DNA of 64,000 bases, from the NCBI GenBank assembly GCA_965224245.1, contig OZ245046.1, positions 416,001 to 480,000 of the forward strand. Reading direction: 5' to 3'. Numbering within the stretch: position 1 is the stretch's first letter; every line of letters begins with the position of its first letter. The notes below the pieces were generated by a model that made no database searches, was not told the origin of the DNA, and saw nothing but the letters and a program-made list of their open reading frames with translations. This DNA is from Candidatus Eiseniibacteriota bacterium (GTDB taxonomy: Bacteria; Eisenbacteria; RBG-16-71-46; CAZAMP01). Below, one piece after another: positions 52,307-64,000 of this stretch. A program made the translations under genes and the position numbers.

Positions 52307-53812
52307 TCATCGCGCGAGCTGCAACCTCCTCGCGGCCACGTCCTCTCCGAGCCGCACCTGGAGGAAATAGACCCCCGGCGCCAGGTCGCGCCCACGCGCA
52401 TCGCGCCCCTGCCACTGCACGAAGGTCGGTGCCGAGGGATGCACCGGCACCTCGTCGACCCACACGCGACGTCCGGTCGCGTCGTGGACCGCGACCTGTG
52501 CGGTGCCTTCCCGACGCGTGGCGACGGCGAAGCGCGTCCGCTCTGCGAACGGATTCGGCTGCGGCGTCGTGAGCACGAGTGCCGGGGTCACCCCCGGCAC
52601 CGCATCACCGGGGACGCCCGTCACGTCGGAGACGATCTTGAAGATCTGCCCCAGGTTCGTTCCGGTCCAGTGCCAGTCGATCGCGTAGAGCTCGCCTGAG
52701 GCATCCTCACCGAATCCGACGAGAAACGTGAAGTCGTCGCCCGGCGGCGGTCCGAGCTCGACCGAGCGATTGGTGAGCTCGGTGAGCGTCGATCCGTCGT
52801 ACTTGAACGTCCAGATCTCGCTCGTGCACCAGTCGGAGAAGAAGTAGCACCCGTAGAGCTCGGGGACTTCACTGCCGCGATACACGAAGCCACCGTTGAC
52901 CGAGCACCCCGGGCCGTGGGCGTAGCTGTAGACGGGAGGGGTGAAGGTCGGGTCGTCGCAGTCGGTGGGAGGGATGTAGCAGGCGTCGGCTTCCTTCATG
53001 CTCCACCCGTAGTTCAGTCCGCCGGGACTCGCGGCGGGCTGGAAGTTCACCTCCTCGTAGCGGTCGAGACCGACGTCGGCCAGCCAGAGGTCGTGGGTCT
53101 CGCGATCGAAGCTCATGCCCCAGGGCGATCGGATGCCGATGGTCCAGATCTCCTCCCGATACCCGGGGACCCCGACGAACGGGTTGTCGGGCGGGATGGC
53201 GTATCCGGTCGGCACGTCGACGTCGATGCGCAGGATCTTGCCCAGGAGCCGGCTCGGGTCCTGTCCGGATTCGTGGAAGTCGCTGCCGTACCCGCCGTCG
53301 CCCAGCGAGACGTACAGGTAGCCGTCGTTCGGTCCGAACGCGAGATACCCGCCGTTGTGGTCGTAGCCCGGCTGGTCCACCGTCAGGAGCACGGACTCCG
53401 TGCCGGGGTCGGCGATGTCGGGGTCCGCTGAGACCTCGAATCGCGAGATCCGGGTGCGTAGACCCGGGATCGTGTAGTTCACGAAGAAGTAGCCGTTCGT
53501 GGCGTAGTCCGGGTGAAAGGTCAGGCCCAGGAGACCCTGAAAGAGGCCGTCGGTCTCCAGCTGGGACGACAGGTCCAGGAACGGCGTGGGCAAGAGCTCG
53601 CCATCGCCGACGATCCGGATCCGTCCTTCCATCTCGATGATGAAGAGGCGCGGGTCGCCCGGTGGAGAGGTGAGGACGATCGGCTTCTGGAGGCCATCGA
53701 CGACCTTCTCCAGGTGGGCGGCCCGCGCGTCGTTCCCGGTCACGAGGACCGTGCAGACGGCCAGCATGATGGACCGATTGGAGACCGCGACGAAAGAGCG
53801 GGGCGCGCGCAT
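52307..53812 (-). CDS. PQQ-dependent sugar (glucose/sorbosone) dehydrogenase with FlgD-Ig C-terminal domain
   Basis: GLLGLTFHPDY, HNGG-LAFGP-DGYLY-SLGDGG, GKILRID, LNYGW; PNPF...WQGRDARG--APGVYF. Confidence 0.9.
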   Translation of the reverse strand: MRAPRSFVAVSNRSIMLAVCTVLVTGNDARAAHLEKVVDGLQKPIVLTSPPGDPRLFIIEMEGRIRIVGDGELLPTPFLDLSSQLETDGLFQGLLGLTFHPDYATNGYFFVNYTIPGLRTRISRFEVSADPDIADPGTESVLLTVDQPGYDHNGGYLAFGPNDGYLYVSLGDGGYGSDFHESGQDPSRLLGKILRIDVDVPTGYAIPPDNPFVGVPGYREEIWTIGIRSPWGMSFDRETHDLWLADVGLDRYEEVNFQPAASPGGLNYGWSMKEADACYIPPTDCDDPTFTPPVYSYAHGPGCSVNGGFVYRGSEVPELYGCYFFSDWCTSEIWTFKYDGSTLTELTNRSVELGPPPGDDFTFLVGFGEDASGELYAIDWHWTGTNLGQIFKIVSDVTGVPGDAVPGVTPALVLTTPQPNPFAERTRFAVATRREGTAQVAVHDATGRRVWVDEVPVHPSAPTFVQWQGRDARGRDLAPGVYFLQVRLGEDVAARRLQLAR

Positions 53813-53942
53813 GGAATCCCTCCACGGGCCGACGTCATGAGAGCGGGAACACGACGATATCCACCGATTCTAACAGCTCGGGGCCGATGCCGCACAGCGG
53901 CGACCCGACGCGCGCGTGAACGACCCGTCCGCGCCGCCCGCA

Positions 53943-55274
53943 TCACCGACAGGCGAGCGCCTCCGCCACCGTGGCCGCCAGCTCGCGCGCGATGACCGCG
54001 TTTCCCATCGCGGTCGGATGCACGGCGTCGGCGAAGACCCGCGTGGGATCGCCGTGCGTGGCGAGATCGGTCAGCGCGCGCTCGGCGTCCACGAGGGCGA
54101 CGCCGAGTCGCTCGGCGCTTCGGCGGATCGTGTCGTTGTAGAGTCCGAGCAGCTGCCGCTCGGTGTCGAGGCGCGCCGCGGCCTCGAACTCGATCGCGGC
54201 CGCCGCCGAGTCCCCGGCACTCTCGTGGGCCAGGCCGAGCAGGTAGTGCGGCAACGGCCAGTGCGGCACCTCCTCCTGGATGGCCTGCACGCTCGGCGCG
54301 ATCGTCCGGGCGAGCGACGCGGGCAGCGGCTCGTTGCCGAAGATGTGACGGACCACCGGGCGTGCCGCGTCGCGGGGAAGACGCGCGAGCATCCAGTTCA
54401 GCGAGAACACGCGGCGACCGGTTCCGTCCCGGGCCAGCGGGATCGGCGTCTCCACGAGGGGCACCCGCGGTCGGATGGGGACGGTGACGAGCACCGGCGT
54501 GGCGCCGTCGGCGCGCACGTCCGCAACCAGCGCGGCCAGGTTCGCCTCGAAGCGTGAGAGGGACACGCGCGGGCGCCAGCCGGACCGGTCGTCGCGTTCG
54601 CCATCGCCGTTCGCTCCCGACGACGTCGCGGCGCCGACCAGCGACTCCAGCGCACGGAACGCGTGCGAGTGCCGAAGCCACGCCAGGGCCGTCGTGCTCG
54701 ACCGTGAGCGCTTCTCGGCGTCGGACTCGGCGGACAGGTGGTGATCGTTGTATCCGTACAGGAGCGTCACCACGCGCGGAGAGAGAGGACGTACGTCGCG
54801 TTCGTAGTAGCGCCGACCCTGCTCGGACGAGTAGCCGACGACGCCCGCATTCAGCACCTCGACACCGGCACAGCCCCCATCGACGAGGGCGCGCTCGAGC
54901 AGGGCGGGGTACGTGTCGGCGTAGATCGGCGTGGTGTAGCCGAACGTCACCGAGTTGCCCAGAGAGGCCACGTCGTACCGGGAGGGAGCGTCACCGCTCT
55001 CGCTCTCGCGGAAGCCGGCATCGCTGATCCGGATCGACTCGGCCCGATAGCCGGGCCGGATTCGCCACAGGAGCTCGTCGTCGGGCTCGTGATAGAGATT
55101 GCGCAGATGATCGAACGCCTCGGAGAACTGCGTCTCGCCCGAGCCGGTTCCGAGATCGGGGCGCACGAGCCGGGTCAGGATCTCCGCCGCGCCCGCGACG
55201 AGGAGCACCACCAGCACCCCGAAGCCGACGGCGACGAGCCGACCTCGCACCGCCGAGCGCGCGGGGTCCTTCAT
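53943..55274 (-). CDS. Membrane-anchored SGNH/GDSL hydrolase with TPR-like insert
   Basis: LGNSVTFG, VLNAGVVGYSS, YGYND, FADAVHP; N-terminal TM; start overlaps upstream stop. Confidence 0.85.
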   Translation of the reverse strand: MKDPARSAVRGRLVAVGFGVLVVLLVAGAAEILTRLVRPDLGTGSGETQFSEAFDHLRNLYHEPDDELLWRIRPGYRAESIRISDAGFRESESGDAPSRYDVASLGNSVTFGYTTPIYADTYPALLERALVDGGCAGVEVLNAGVVGYSSEQGRRYYERDVRPLSPRVVTLLYGYNDHHLSAESDAEKRSRSSTTALAWLRHSHAFRALESLVGAATSSGANGDGERDDRSGWRPRVSLSRFEANLAALVADVRADGATPVLVTVPIRPRVPLVETPIPLARDGTGRRVFSLNWMLARLPRDAARPVVRHIFGNEPLPASLARTIAPSVQAIQEEVPHWPLPHYLLGLAHESAGDSAAAAIEFEAAARLDTERQLLGLYNDTIRRSAERLGVALVDAERALTDLATHGDPTRVFADAVHPTAMGNAVIARELAATVAEALACR

Positions 55275-56848
55275 CACGGCCCTCCCTCCGATGCCGGCGC
55301 CGGCATCGGGACCTCGCACCGATAGACGTCGACCGGCGTGCCCAGTACCGCGAGCCGGCCCGACGCGACCGGCGTGGGCGAGCGCGTGACACCCACGGCA
55401 TCGAGCGTTCGTCCCAGGAGCGTCCCGAACGGATCGTCGGTCACGAACACGATCGCCCGCGCGGGGCGGCCGATGTCCTGCACCGCGCCACCCAGCTCGG
55501 CGACGAAGGCGGCCACCAGCGCGTCGGGGTCGCGCAGCCGGGATCGCGGCAGGCTTCCCGGATGATCGCGCATCTCGACCGGAAACGGAACGAAGCGAAG
55601 CCCGGCGCCGCGCTCGCGTGCGTAGTGCTCGAGCGGTGCGAGGGTGAGCCCCGAGGTGATGACCAGGTCCGCGTCGTGGGCGTTTCGCACGAGGCCCTCC
55701 GCCAGCGTACGGTCGCTCGACTTGACGTCGCTCCCGGCGTACCGCGCGAGCTGGATCGCGGACAGCGCGACGACGATCGCGAGGAGCGCGATCGCGAGCG
55801 CTCGGCGGGTCCGGACGACGGCCAGCGAGAGCGCGAGCACGAGCAGGGGCAGCACGATCAGGTCGGCGCGCGCGGCGGCGTAGATGGGTCGGCCGGCCAG
55901 CGACACACCGGCGGCGATCGCCAGCGGGGTGACCGCGAACGCGGCCAGCGCGACGATCGATCGATCGCCCGGTCGCCGTCGAATACCGACGACCGCGGTC
56001 CCCACGATGACCGCCAGCAACGCGATCGCGACGCCCCCGGGCACGATGCCCGGCGGCATCGGCACGTACGCGGGCAGAGGGGATCCGGGCACGAGCGCGT
56101 TCGCGGTGGCCAGCAGAAGGGACGGCTCCCAGCGCGCGGACAGCCACGACGTCGCGCCGAAGCGCAGCTGATCGACGAGCACCGGAACCCACGGGGCGTA
56201 CGCGGTCACCGCGATCGCCTGTACGACCGCGAGCGCGCCGAGCGTGCGCGCGGGACGTCGTTCGACGAGCGCAAAGGCCATCGCCGCCGGCAGCAGGAGC
56301 AGTCCGTAGTTGTGGAGATACAGTCCGATCACCGTGACCAGCGCGTGGGCCGCGCCGGTTGCGAGCGCCGGCCGGACGAGGAACGCGCTCAGCGTCCACG
56401 CCGAGCCGATGCCGACCAGCGGCAGGAGCGCATAGTATCGCGCGTCCTGCGCGTGCAGCACCAGCAGCGGCAGCACCGCGGTCACGATCGCGGCACCGCG
56501 CCGTGCCGCCAGCGCGGCCGGCCAGCGCGACCTCGCGAATGCATACAGGACGAGCGGTGTGGCGATCCCGGCCAGCGCGGATGGAAGGCGCAGGCTCCAC
56601 TCGGACGTACCCCCGAGCGTGATCTGACGACCGAGGAGCCAGTAGTAGAGCGGCGGGCCGGAGTCCAGCCGCAGCCAGGCGACCAGGTCCGCCAGACGAC
56701 GTCGCGCGACGAGTGCGCTGAACGACTCGTCCAGCCATAGACCACGATCACCCAGACCCACGAGGCGGATGCACGCGAGCCCCACCAGGAGAGTGACGAA
56801 CGCGATGCTCCCGACCCGCGACCGGCGGGTCGCCTCGCGGACGGTCAT
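55274..56848 (-). CDS. GT39/ArnT-family (GT-C) membrane glycosyltransferase
   Basis: LWLDES, PPLYY, SLRLPS, AQDARYY, YLHNYG; many TMs. Confidence 0.85.
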   Translation of the reverse strand: MTVREATRRSRVGSIAFVTLLVGLACIRLVGLGDRGLWLDESFSALVARRRLADLVAWLRLDSGPPLYYWLLGRQITLGGTSEWSLRLPSALAGIATPLVLYAFARSRWPAALAARRGAAIVTAVLPLLVLHAQDARYYALLPLVGIGSAWTLSAFLVRPALATGAAHALVTVIGLYLHNYGLLLLPAAMAFALVERRPARTLGALAVVQAIAVTAYAPWVPVLVDQLRFGATSWLSARWEPSLLLATANALVPGSPLPAYVPMPPGIVPGGVAIALLAVIVGTAVVGIRRRPGDRSIVALAAFAVTPLAIAAGVSLAGRPIYAAARADLIVLPLLVLALSLAVVRTRRALAIALLAIVVALSAIQLARYAGSDVKSSDRTLAEGLVRNAHDADLVITSGLTLAPLEHYARERGAGLRFVPFPVEMRDHPGSLPRSRLRDPDALVAAFVAELGGAVQDIGRPARAIVFVTDDPFGTLLGRTLDAVGVTRSPTPVASGRLAVLGTPVDVYRCEVPMPAPASEGGP

Positions 56849-56887
56849 GTCCAGACCGCCGGGGACGGAGACCGCGGCAAATAGTCG

Positions 56888-56916
56888 TTGACACCTCCGG
56901 GCCGTTTCGGTATCGA
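56888..56916 (+). promoter_or_regulatory. Candidate sigma70 promoter TTGACA-17-TATCGA for the mglB...alaS gene run
   Basis: Consensus -35 and 17-nt spacer in the divergent intergenic region. Confidence 0.5.
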
Positions 56917-57158
56917 GGTTTCCGTGCGCCCTTGAGTCCGTTCAACCTCATGCGCGAACGGACCTTGCGGCGCCGATGCGGCGTCTGGTGTCGGGTTGCG
57001 ACGCCGGGAGACCGGGGCCGGTGTCCGTGTGAGCGTTTCTCGTGACGGGCGGGTCCGGTCGGCCGTGCGGGGCAAGGACGTCCCGAGGCCGGAGCGGGCA
57101 TGCCCGTGTTCCCGCGACCTCGCGATCATGTCGACGTCAGCCGAAGGAGGCATGGACA

Positions 57159-57665
57159 ATGACGCCGGAATCGCAGTGGGCGCTGATCGAGGAGGATCTC
57201 GCGCCGTTTCGCGTGCTTCTCCATCGGCTCCTGCGCAAGTCCTCCGCGGCCACCGCCATCCTCACCGATGGCACCGGTCAGTTGATGACGTCGGTGGGGC
57301 AGCGCCCCGAGGTCGATGTCGACACGTTCCTCGTTCTGTGTGCGAGCGAGTACGCCGCCACTCGTGAGATGGCTCTGCTCCTGGGCGAGGAGCGCTTCCA
57401 CTCACTGTATCACGAGAGCGACACGCGCCAGCTCTACATCACCGAGCTGCGTCCCGACGCGCTCCTGGTGCTGATGTTCAATCGCGGGAGCACGCTCGGG
57501 CTCGTGCGCTGGGCGCTGAAGAAGTATCAGCGTGAGCTCCTGCGCGCGCTCGACCTCGCGGTCGCCGCGGCCTCCGAACGCCGCGACATCGCGGCCGAGA
57601 CCGGAGCCGTCGCGCCCAGCGCGTCGGAGGTCGAGGACGCGCTGGACGCGTTCTTCGACGCCTGA
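57159..57665 (+). CDS. mglB: Roadblock/LC7 protein (MglB-like GAP)
   Basis: AAGGAGG RBS; AATREMA-LLGE-RF-SLYHE, STLGLVR; directly upstream of mglA. Confidence 0.85.
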   Translation: MTPESQWALIEEDLAPFRVLLHRLLRKSSAATAILTDGTGQLMTSVGQRPEVDVDTFLVLCASEYAATREMALLLGEERFHSLYHESDTRQLYITELRPDALLVLMFNRGSTLGLVRWALKKYQRELLRALDLAVAAASERRDIAAETGAVAPSASEVEDALDAFFDA

Positions 57666-57673
57666 GGTCCACG

Positions 57674-58324
57674 GTGACATCGGGCACGGGCCCGCGTCGC
57701 CGGACCGACGTCGACGAGCTCCGCATCAAGATCGTCTTCGCCGGACCCGGCCTCAGCGGCAAGACGACCAACCTCATGCAGCTCCACGATCGCGCCCCCG
57801 AGGATCGTCGCGGACGTCTCGTGTCGCTCTCGTCGGGTGACGAGCGCACGCTCTTCTTCGACTTCTTGCCCCTGGATCTCGGCGCCGTCGGCCGCCGTCG
57901 CGTGCGGCTGGCGCTGTACTCGGTGCCCGGACAGAACCGCTTCCGGGTGAATCAGGCGTTGATCCTCCGGGACGCCGGTGGCATCGTCTTCGTCGCCGAT
58001 TCGCACCCGTTCCGGCGCGACGCCAACGTCCGGAGCCTCGAGCTCCTGAAGGCCCACCTCGCCGAGACCGGACGCGTGCTCTCGGCGCGTGCCGAGCTGC
58101 CCGACGAGGTGCCCGTGGTGATGCAGTACAACAAGCGTGATCTTCCCACGCGGATGCCGCTCGACGAGCTCGAGTCCGCGCTGAACCCGGGCCGGGCGCC
58201 GTTCGTGCCGGCGATCGCCGTGCGGGGACGAGGCGTTGCGGACACCCTGAAGGAGATCACGCGGCGTGCGCTCGCCCGATGCCTGCGCGAGGCGGCCGGC
58301 GCGGGACGATCCGTGGATGGATAG
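57674..58324 (+). CDS. mglA: MglA-family small Ras-like GTPase
   Basis: GPGLSGKTTNL, ERTLFFDFLPL, YSVPGQ, VFVADS, QYNKRDL. Confidence 0.9.
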   Translation: MTSGTGPRRRTDVDELRIKIVFAGPGLSGKTTNLMQLHDRAPEDRRGRLVSLSSGDERTLFFDFLPLDLGAVGRRRVRLALYSVPGQNRFRVNQALILRDAGGIVFVADSHPFRRDANVRSLELLKAHLAETGRVLSARAELPDEVPVVMQYNKRDLPTRMPLDELESALNPGRAPFVPAIAVRGRGVADTLKEITRRALARCLREAAGAGRSVDG

Positions 58325-58766
58325 CCTCGTTCGCGTCCTGGCGACGTTCTTCGGCACCGGTCACTTTCCGTTCGCCCCCGCGACGTTCGCATCGCTCGTC
58401 TTCGGTGTCGTGGCGTTCGCGCTTCCCACGCCGTCGGACGGCGCGTGGATCGCGGCCACGCTCCTGGTCACGCTGGTCGGCATCCAGCTCAGCTCTCGCG
58501 CCGAGCGGTTCTACGGCCACGACGGCAGCCCCATCGTCATCGACGAGGTGGCCGGGATGATGGTCACGCTGGCCATGATCCCGAAGGATCCGCTCTGGCT
58601 GTGGCCGGTGGGCTTCCTGGCGTTCCGGGCGTTCGACATCGTCAAGCCGTTCCCGGCCGGGCGCGCCCAGGAGCTGCCGAGGGGCTTCGGCGTGATGCTC
58701 GACGACGTCGTGGCCGGCGTGTACGCGCATCTCGTGGTCCGCATCGCGATGAGGCTCTGGACGTGA
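58317..58766 (+). CDS. pgpA: Phosphatidylglycerophosphatase A
   Basis: ATFFGTG-FPFAP, IVIDEVAG, FRAFDIVKPFP, GVMLDDVVAG. Confidence 0.93.
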   Translation: MDSLVRVLATFFGTGHFPFAPATFASLVFGVVAFALPTPSDGAWIAATLLVTLVGIQLSSRAERFYGHDGSPIVIDEVAGMMVTLAMIPKDPLWLWPVGFLAFRAFDIVKPFPAGRAQELPRGFGVMLDDVVAGVYAHLVVRIAMRLWT

Positions 58767-59995
58767 GCGTCGCGATCATCTCGATCGGCGACGAGCTCCT
58801 CGACGGTCACACGCTCGACACGAACTTCCAGCACCTGGCCGCCGCGCTCTCGGGGGCCGGACATCGTGTGACCGAGCACGTCACGGTCGGGGATTCGTCC
58901 GCCGCGATCAACCGCGCGATGGACGCGGTTGCGACGCCGGGCCGCATCGTGATCCTGACCGGGGGGCTCGGCGGCACGCCGGACGACGTCACGCTCGACG
59001 CCGTGGGTGCCCGGCTGGGACGCCCACCGGAGGTGGATGCCGAGCTCCACGCGCGCTTCGAGTCGATCTTCGCCGAGCGGGGACGGCGGATGAGCGACGC
59101 GGCCGCCCACATCGCCCGGCGGATCCCGGGCACCGAGCGGCTGGAGAACCCGGTCGGACTGGCACCGGGCGTCCTGGCCGACGAGGGCGGCGTCCGGTAC
59201 GTGCTCCTCCCGGGCGTGCCACGAGAGCTCCGCGCGATCGTCGAGACGTCGCTGCTCCCGAGGCTCGGCGCCGGACCCGACGGGCGCGTGCAGACGTTTC
59301 GGGCGGTGAACGTCGGCGAGGGCGAGGTGGCCAGGAGCCTGGCCGACGCGGGCGTGAGCGGGGTCTCGTTCCTCCCGGCGATCCGGCGCGTGGACGTCGC
59401 GGTGAGGCTCCCGGGCGGCCCGCTGTCGCCCGGCGACGAGGAGCGCCTCGCCCGGATCGTGGCCGCGCTCGGCGACCACCTCATCGGCGACGAGCACGCG
59501 ACGCTGGAAGACGTCTGCACTGCACGACTGATCGAGCGCGGGGAGACGCTCGGACTGGCCGAGAGCCTCACCGGGGGACGCATCGCGGCCGCGTTCACCC
59601 GGGTGCCCGGCGTCTCCCGGACGTTCCTCGGCGGACAGGTGGTCTACTCGAACGACGCCAAGGTGCGCTGGCTCGGCGTGTCGCCCGAGACGCTCGCCGT
59701 GCACGGTGCGGTCAGCGCCGAGACCGCCGGGGAGATGGCCGCCGGTGCCGCCCGGTCGGCCGGCGCGAAGTGGGGCCTCTCCACCACCGGGATCGCGGGA
59801 CCCGGCGGCGCCACCGAGGAGAAGCCGGTGGGCCTCGTCTATCTCGGGCTCGCCCGTCCGGACGGATCGGTGCACGTCGTGCGGCGCCGGTACCTCGGTG
59901 ATCGACTCATGATCGTCGACCACACGGTGGCCGACGCCATGGATCTCCTGCGCCGAGCGCTCTTCGACCTCCCGCTCCCGGCAGGCGCGTCGTGA
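58763..59995 (+). CDS. cinA: Competence/damage-inducible protein CinA (MoCF domain + NMN deamidase PncC)
   Basis: [55 protein letters not shown]. Confidence 0.93.
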   Translation: MSVAIISIGDELLDGHTLDTNFQHLAAALSGAGHRVTEHVTVGDSSAAINRAMDAVATPGRIVILTGGLGGTPDDVTLDAVGARLGRPPEVDAELHARFESIFAERGRRMSDAAAHIARRIPGTERLENPVGLAPGVLADEGGVRYVLLPGVPRELRAIVETSLLPRLGAGPDGRVQTFRAVNVGEGEVARSLADAGVSGVSFLPAIRRVDVAVRLPGGPLSPGDEERLARIVAALGDHLIGDEHATLEDVCTARLIERGETLGLAESLTGGRIAAAFTRVPGVSRTFLGGQVVYSNDAKVRWLGVSPETLAVHGAVSAETAGEMAAGAARSAGAKWGLSTTGIAGPGGATEEKPVGLVYLGLARPDGSVHVVRRRYLGDRLMIVDHTVADAMDLLRRALFDLPLPAGAS

Positions 59996-60570
59996 CGCGC
60001 GCGTTCACGGCGATCTTCCCGCCGGCGCCGGTGCGCGAGAAGCTGGCGCGGTTCGTGGCCTCGCTGGAGCGCGAGGGTGGCGACGTCAAATGGGTCAGGC
60101 CGGAGAACCTCCACCTCACGCTCCGCTTCTTCGGAGACCTGGAGGACGATGCGCTCGAGCGTGCCCAGCAGGTGACGCGCGAGATCGTGAGCTCGTTCGC
60201 CCCGTTCCGGGTCCGGCTGGCCGGTACCGGGACGTTCCCGGCGCGGGGACGTCCGAGGGTGTACTGGGTCGGCATCGATCGAGGGGTCGACGACCTGGAT
60301 CTTCTGGCGGGAGCCCTCGATCGCGGCTACCGGAGCGCCGGCCTGGGCAAGGCCGACAAGGCGTTTGCGCCACACCTGACCGTCGGACGCGCACGACCGC
60401 CGAGGGGACGCCGCCAGCCCGTCCCCCAGAAGCTCTGGACGTTCGGTCGTTTGACTTTCGAATCGCTCGAGTTTACAGTGCCGAGCGTGTGCGTGGTAGC
60501 CAGCGAGCTCTCGCCACGCGGCCCCACCTACGAGCCCCTAGCGGAGTTCCCGATGTCCGGGCACGGCTGA
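59992..60570 (+). CDS. thpR: RNA 2',3'-cyclic phosphodiesterase (2H family)
   Basis: HLTL and HLTV motifs; KWVRPEN; cinA-thpR-recA synteny. Confidence 0.9.
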   Translation: MTRAFTAIFPPAPVREKLARFVASLEREGGDVKWVRPENLHLTLRFFGDLEDDALERAQQVTREIVSSFAPFRVRLAGTGTFPARGRPRVYWVGIDRGVDDLDLLAGALDRGYRSAGLGKADKAFAPHLTVGRARPPRGRRQPVPQKLWTFGRLTFESLEFTVPSVCVVASELSPRGPTYEPLAEFPMSGHG

Positions 60571-60629
60571 TTGTTCCCCGGCTAGGCCGACCGGCAGTGG
60601 TCCACTACCTGGAAGGAGAACCGGAGAAC

Positions 60630-61763
<1,134 letters not shown>

Positions 61764-61798
61764 CTCCGCTCGCGCGCCGAGCTACTCGATCGCACGAA

Positions 61799-61840
61799 CG
61801 GGGGATCGACCGTCCGCGGGGCGTTCGATCCCTCTTTCTC
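61799..61840 (+). terminator. Putative intrinsic terminator after recA
   Basis: GGGATCGA...TCGATCCC stem followed by TCTTTCTC. Confidence 0.5.
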
Positions 61841-62031
61841 TGAACCTCGATTAGCGGCTCGAAGGCGATGGTCTTCCCGAGCCGGGACGGCCACAAGGAG
61901 TCGGCCGCCTCGCCGCGTTGCGGCCGGCGCTCCGGGACGCGCCCGCGAGGAGTCCACTACGCGCGGCGACCCCGATCGGGTAGGCTCGGCGCGATGATCC
62001 GGCCCGAGCCCGCGTCCACAGAGGATCCGAG

Positions 62032-62553
62032 ATGACCGACACTTCCCCCCGAGACGACCCGGGGCCGATCACGCCGGATCCCGATCCCCGCGCCGCCGCC
62101 CGCGACCGGGCGCTCTCGTATCTCGACCGCCGCATGCGAAGCCGCCGGGAGCTTCGCAGGTACCTCGAACGAGCGGGTTACGCCGCCGACGTGGTCGAGG
62201 ATACACTCGCCGCCATGACCGAGCTGGGGGTGCTCGACGACGCCGCGTTCGCCAGGGCCTTCGCCCGCGATCGCGTCCGCCTGGCCCCCCGCGGCTACCG
62301 GCTGATCGCCCGGGAGCTGGCCGAGCGCGGGGTGGCGCGCGAGGTCGTGGATGCGGTATTGACGGAGGTCGAGGCCGAGTTTCCCGAGGTCGAGATCGCC
62401 GAGGCGCTTCTCGTGAGGAAGCGCCGCCACCGGGGCGACGGCGAGCTGACCGAGGCCGAGACGCGCAAGCTCGAACGCTACCTCGCCGGACGGGGTTTTC
62501 GACACGACACGATCAGACGCGTCGTGGGGGGAAGTGATCCGTGGACTCAATGA
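62032..62553 (+). CDS. recX: Regulatory protein RecX
   Basis: RAL-YL--R-RS--EL, LDDAAFA, G---IARELAERGV, YLAGRGF; downstream of recA. Confidence 0.9.
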   Translation: MTDTSPRDDPGPITPDPDPRAAARDRALSYLDRRMRSRRELRRYLERAGYAADVVEDTLAAMTELGVLDDAAFARAFARDRVRLAPRGYRLIARELAERGVAREVVDAVLTEVEAEFPEVEIAEALLVRKRRHRGDGELTEAETRKLERYLAGRGFRHDTIRRVVGGSDPWTQ

Positions 62554-64000
62554 CGATCGTGGACCAGTTCGTTCGCTTCTACACCGATCGCGATCACACG
62601 ATCGTCGATCCGGCGCCGCTCGTCCCCCGCGACGATCCGACGCTGCTGTTCAACTCCGCGGGCATGGTCCAGTTCAAGAAGCTCTACTCCACGGCCGATC
62701 CGCTGCCGTACCGGCGCGCCGTGAGCGTGCAGCCGTGCCTGCGCGCCGGCGGGAAGGACTCCGACATCGAGAACGTGGGACGCACGCCACGGCACCTCTC
62801 GTTCTTCCAGATGCTGGGCAACTTCTCGTTCGGCGACTACTTCAAGCACGATGCGATCGTCTGGGGCTGGGAGCTCCTGACCGAGATCTACGGCATGAAC
62901 CCGGACAAGCTCTGGGTCAGCGTCTACGAGGACGACGACGAGGCCGAGAAGATCTGGCTCGAGACCGTGGGCATCCGGCGCGAGCACGTCGTGCGCCTGG
63001 GCAAGAAGGACAACTTCTGGGGACCCGCCGGCAAGACCGGCGCCTGCGGCCCGTGCAGCGAGATACACTTCGATCGCGGCGAGGGAGGCGGCAACGCCCC
63101 CGGCGACGACGGCGACCGCTTCCTCGAGATCTACAACCTCGTCTTCCCGCAGTTCGACATGCAGGAGGACGGCTCCACGTCACCGCTTCGCAATCGCGGC
63201 ATCGACACCGGCATGGGCCTCGAGCGGGTCGCGATGGTCCTCCAGGACGGCGAGACGCTCTTCGACACCGACCAGTTCCTGCCGGTGATCGCGGCCATCG
63301 AGGAGATCTCCGGTCGGCGCTACGCCGGTGGCGATCCCGAGAGCAAGCGCGCCATGCGCGTGATCGCCGACCACGTGCGCGGGCTCACGTTCACGCTGGG
63401 CGAGGGCATCATCCCGTCGAACGACGGGCGCGGCTACGTGCTGCGCCGCATCCTTCGCCGCGCCCTGCGGTTCGGCTGGGGGCTGGGCATCGAGGAGGGC
63501 TTCCTGCCGGCGTTGTCGAGCCTCGTGGTGGATCAGTATCACGCCCGCTACCCGTACCTCGACACCGCGCGCGAGTCCATCGCGCTGGCGCTTCGGGCCG
63601 AGGAGAGCCAGTTCGCGGCCACGCTCTCCTCGGGCATGGCGCGGTTCGAATCGGTGGCCGACGGCGTGGGCGCATCCGGGGTCATCCCCGGCGACCAGAT
63701 CTTCATGCTCTACGACACGTACGGATTCCCCGTGGACCTGATCGAGGAGATGGCCAGCGACCGCGGGCTCGGGCTCGATCGCGACGGGTTCGATGCCGCG
63801 ATGACCGCTCAGCGAGAACGCTCGCGGGCCGCGTCCCAGTTCGACGAGTCGGTGGCCCACACCGAGTGGGAGTCGATCTCCGAGGGTCCGTCCAGCCGGT
63901 TCGTCGGATACGAGATGCACGAGGCCGAGGTGCGCGTGCGGAAGCTCGCCTCGCGCGAGGGGCGCGTGCTCGTGGTGCTCGACCGGACGCCGTTCTACGC
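62541..64000 (+). CDS. alaS: Alanine--tRNA ligase (3'-truncated by window edge)
   Basis: Own translation gives DPTLLFNSAGMVQFK, QPCLRAGGK, FFQMLGNFSFGDYFK, GACGPCSEI, IDTGMGLER, IADHVR, GYVLRRILRR, LYDTYGFP; start GTG 62541 or ATG 62550. Confidence 0.97.
   Translation, partial: MDSMTIVDQFVRFYTDRDHTIVDPAPLVPRDDPTLLFNSAGMVQFKKLYSTADPLPYRRAVSVQPCLRAGGKDSDIENVGRTPRHLSFFQMLGNFSFGDYFKHDAIVWGWELLTEIYGMNPDKLWVSVYEDDDEAEKIWLETVGIRREHVVRLGKKDNFWGPAGKTGACGPCSEIHFDRGEGGGNAPGDDGDRFLEIYNLVFPQFDMQEDGSTSPLRNRGIDTGMGLERVAMVLQDGETLFDTDQFLPVIAAIEEISGRRYAGGDPESKRAMRVIADHVRGLTFTLGEGIIPSNDGRGYVLRRILRRALRFGWGLGIEEGFLPALSSLVVDQYHARYPYLDTARESIALALRAEESQFAATLSSGMARFESVADGVGASGVIPGDQIFMLYDTYGFPVDLIEEMASDRGLGLDRDGFDAAMTAQRERSRAASQFDESVAHTEWESISEGPSSRFVGYEMHEAEVRVRKLASREGRVLVVLDRTPFY

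Overview
Very GC-rich (about 70%, by eye) bacterial chromosomal window. It probably comes from an FCB-group-related lineage such as Eisenbacteria, Krumholzibacteriota or Latescibacterota; this is inferred only from the many secreted proteins with FlgD-Ig/T9SS-like C-termini and W-x-x-[LI]-[RK]-S-L-Y tails. The first ~46 kb is accessory: LVIVD and other beta-propeller secreted proteins, a propeller-diheme cytochrome, mddA, proteases, an ABC-F ATPase, a Ser/Thr kinase-STAND-TPR protein and otsA/otsB-GH15. It also holds a neudesin/MAPR-like cytochrome b5 paired with a Reeler-domain protein. The highlight is an 8-gene OmcS-type cytochrome nanowire locus at 32-43 kb: NHL propeller, hexaheme OmcS homologue, beta-barrel, two CsgG-like proteins, PpiC chaperone, and 26-heme and 16-heme cytochromes. 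The rest is core genome: four tRNA-Ser genes, tRNA-Arg(ACG), tadA (whose ORF runs through a tRNA gene), tRNA-Ala, SRP RNA, dnaX-ybaB-recR and mglB-mglA-pgpA-cinA-thpR-recA-recX-alaS. All calls come from motif recognition and recalled family sequences; no searches were run.
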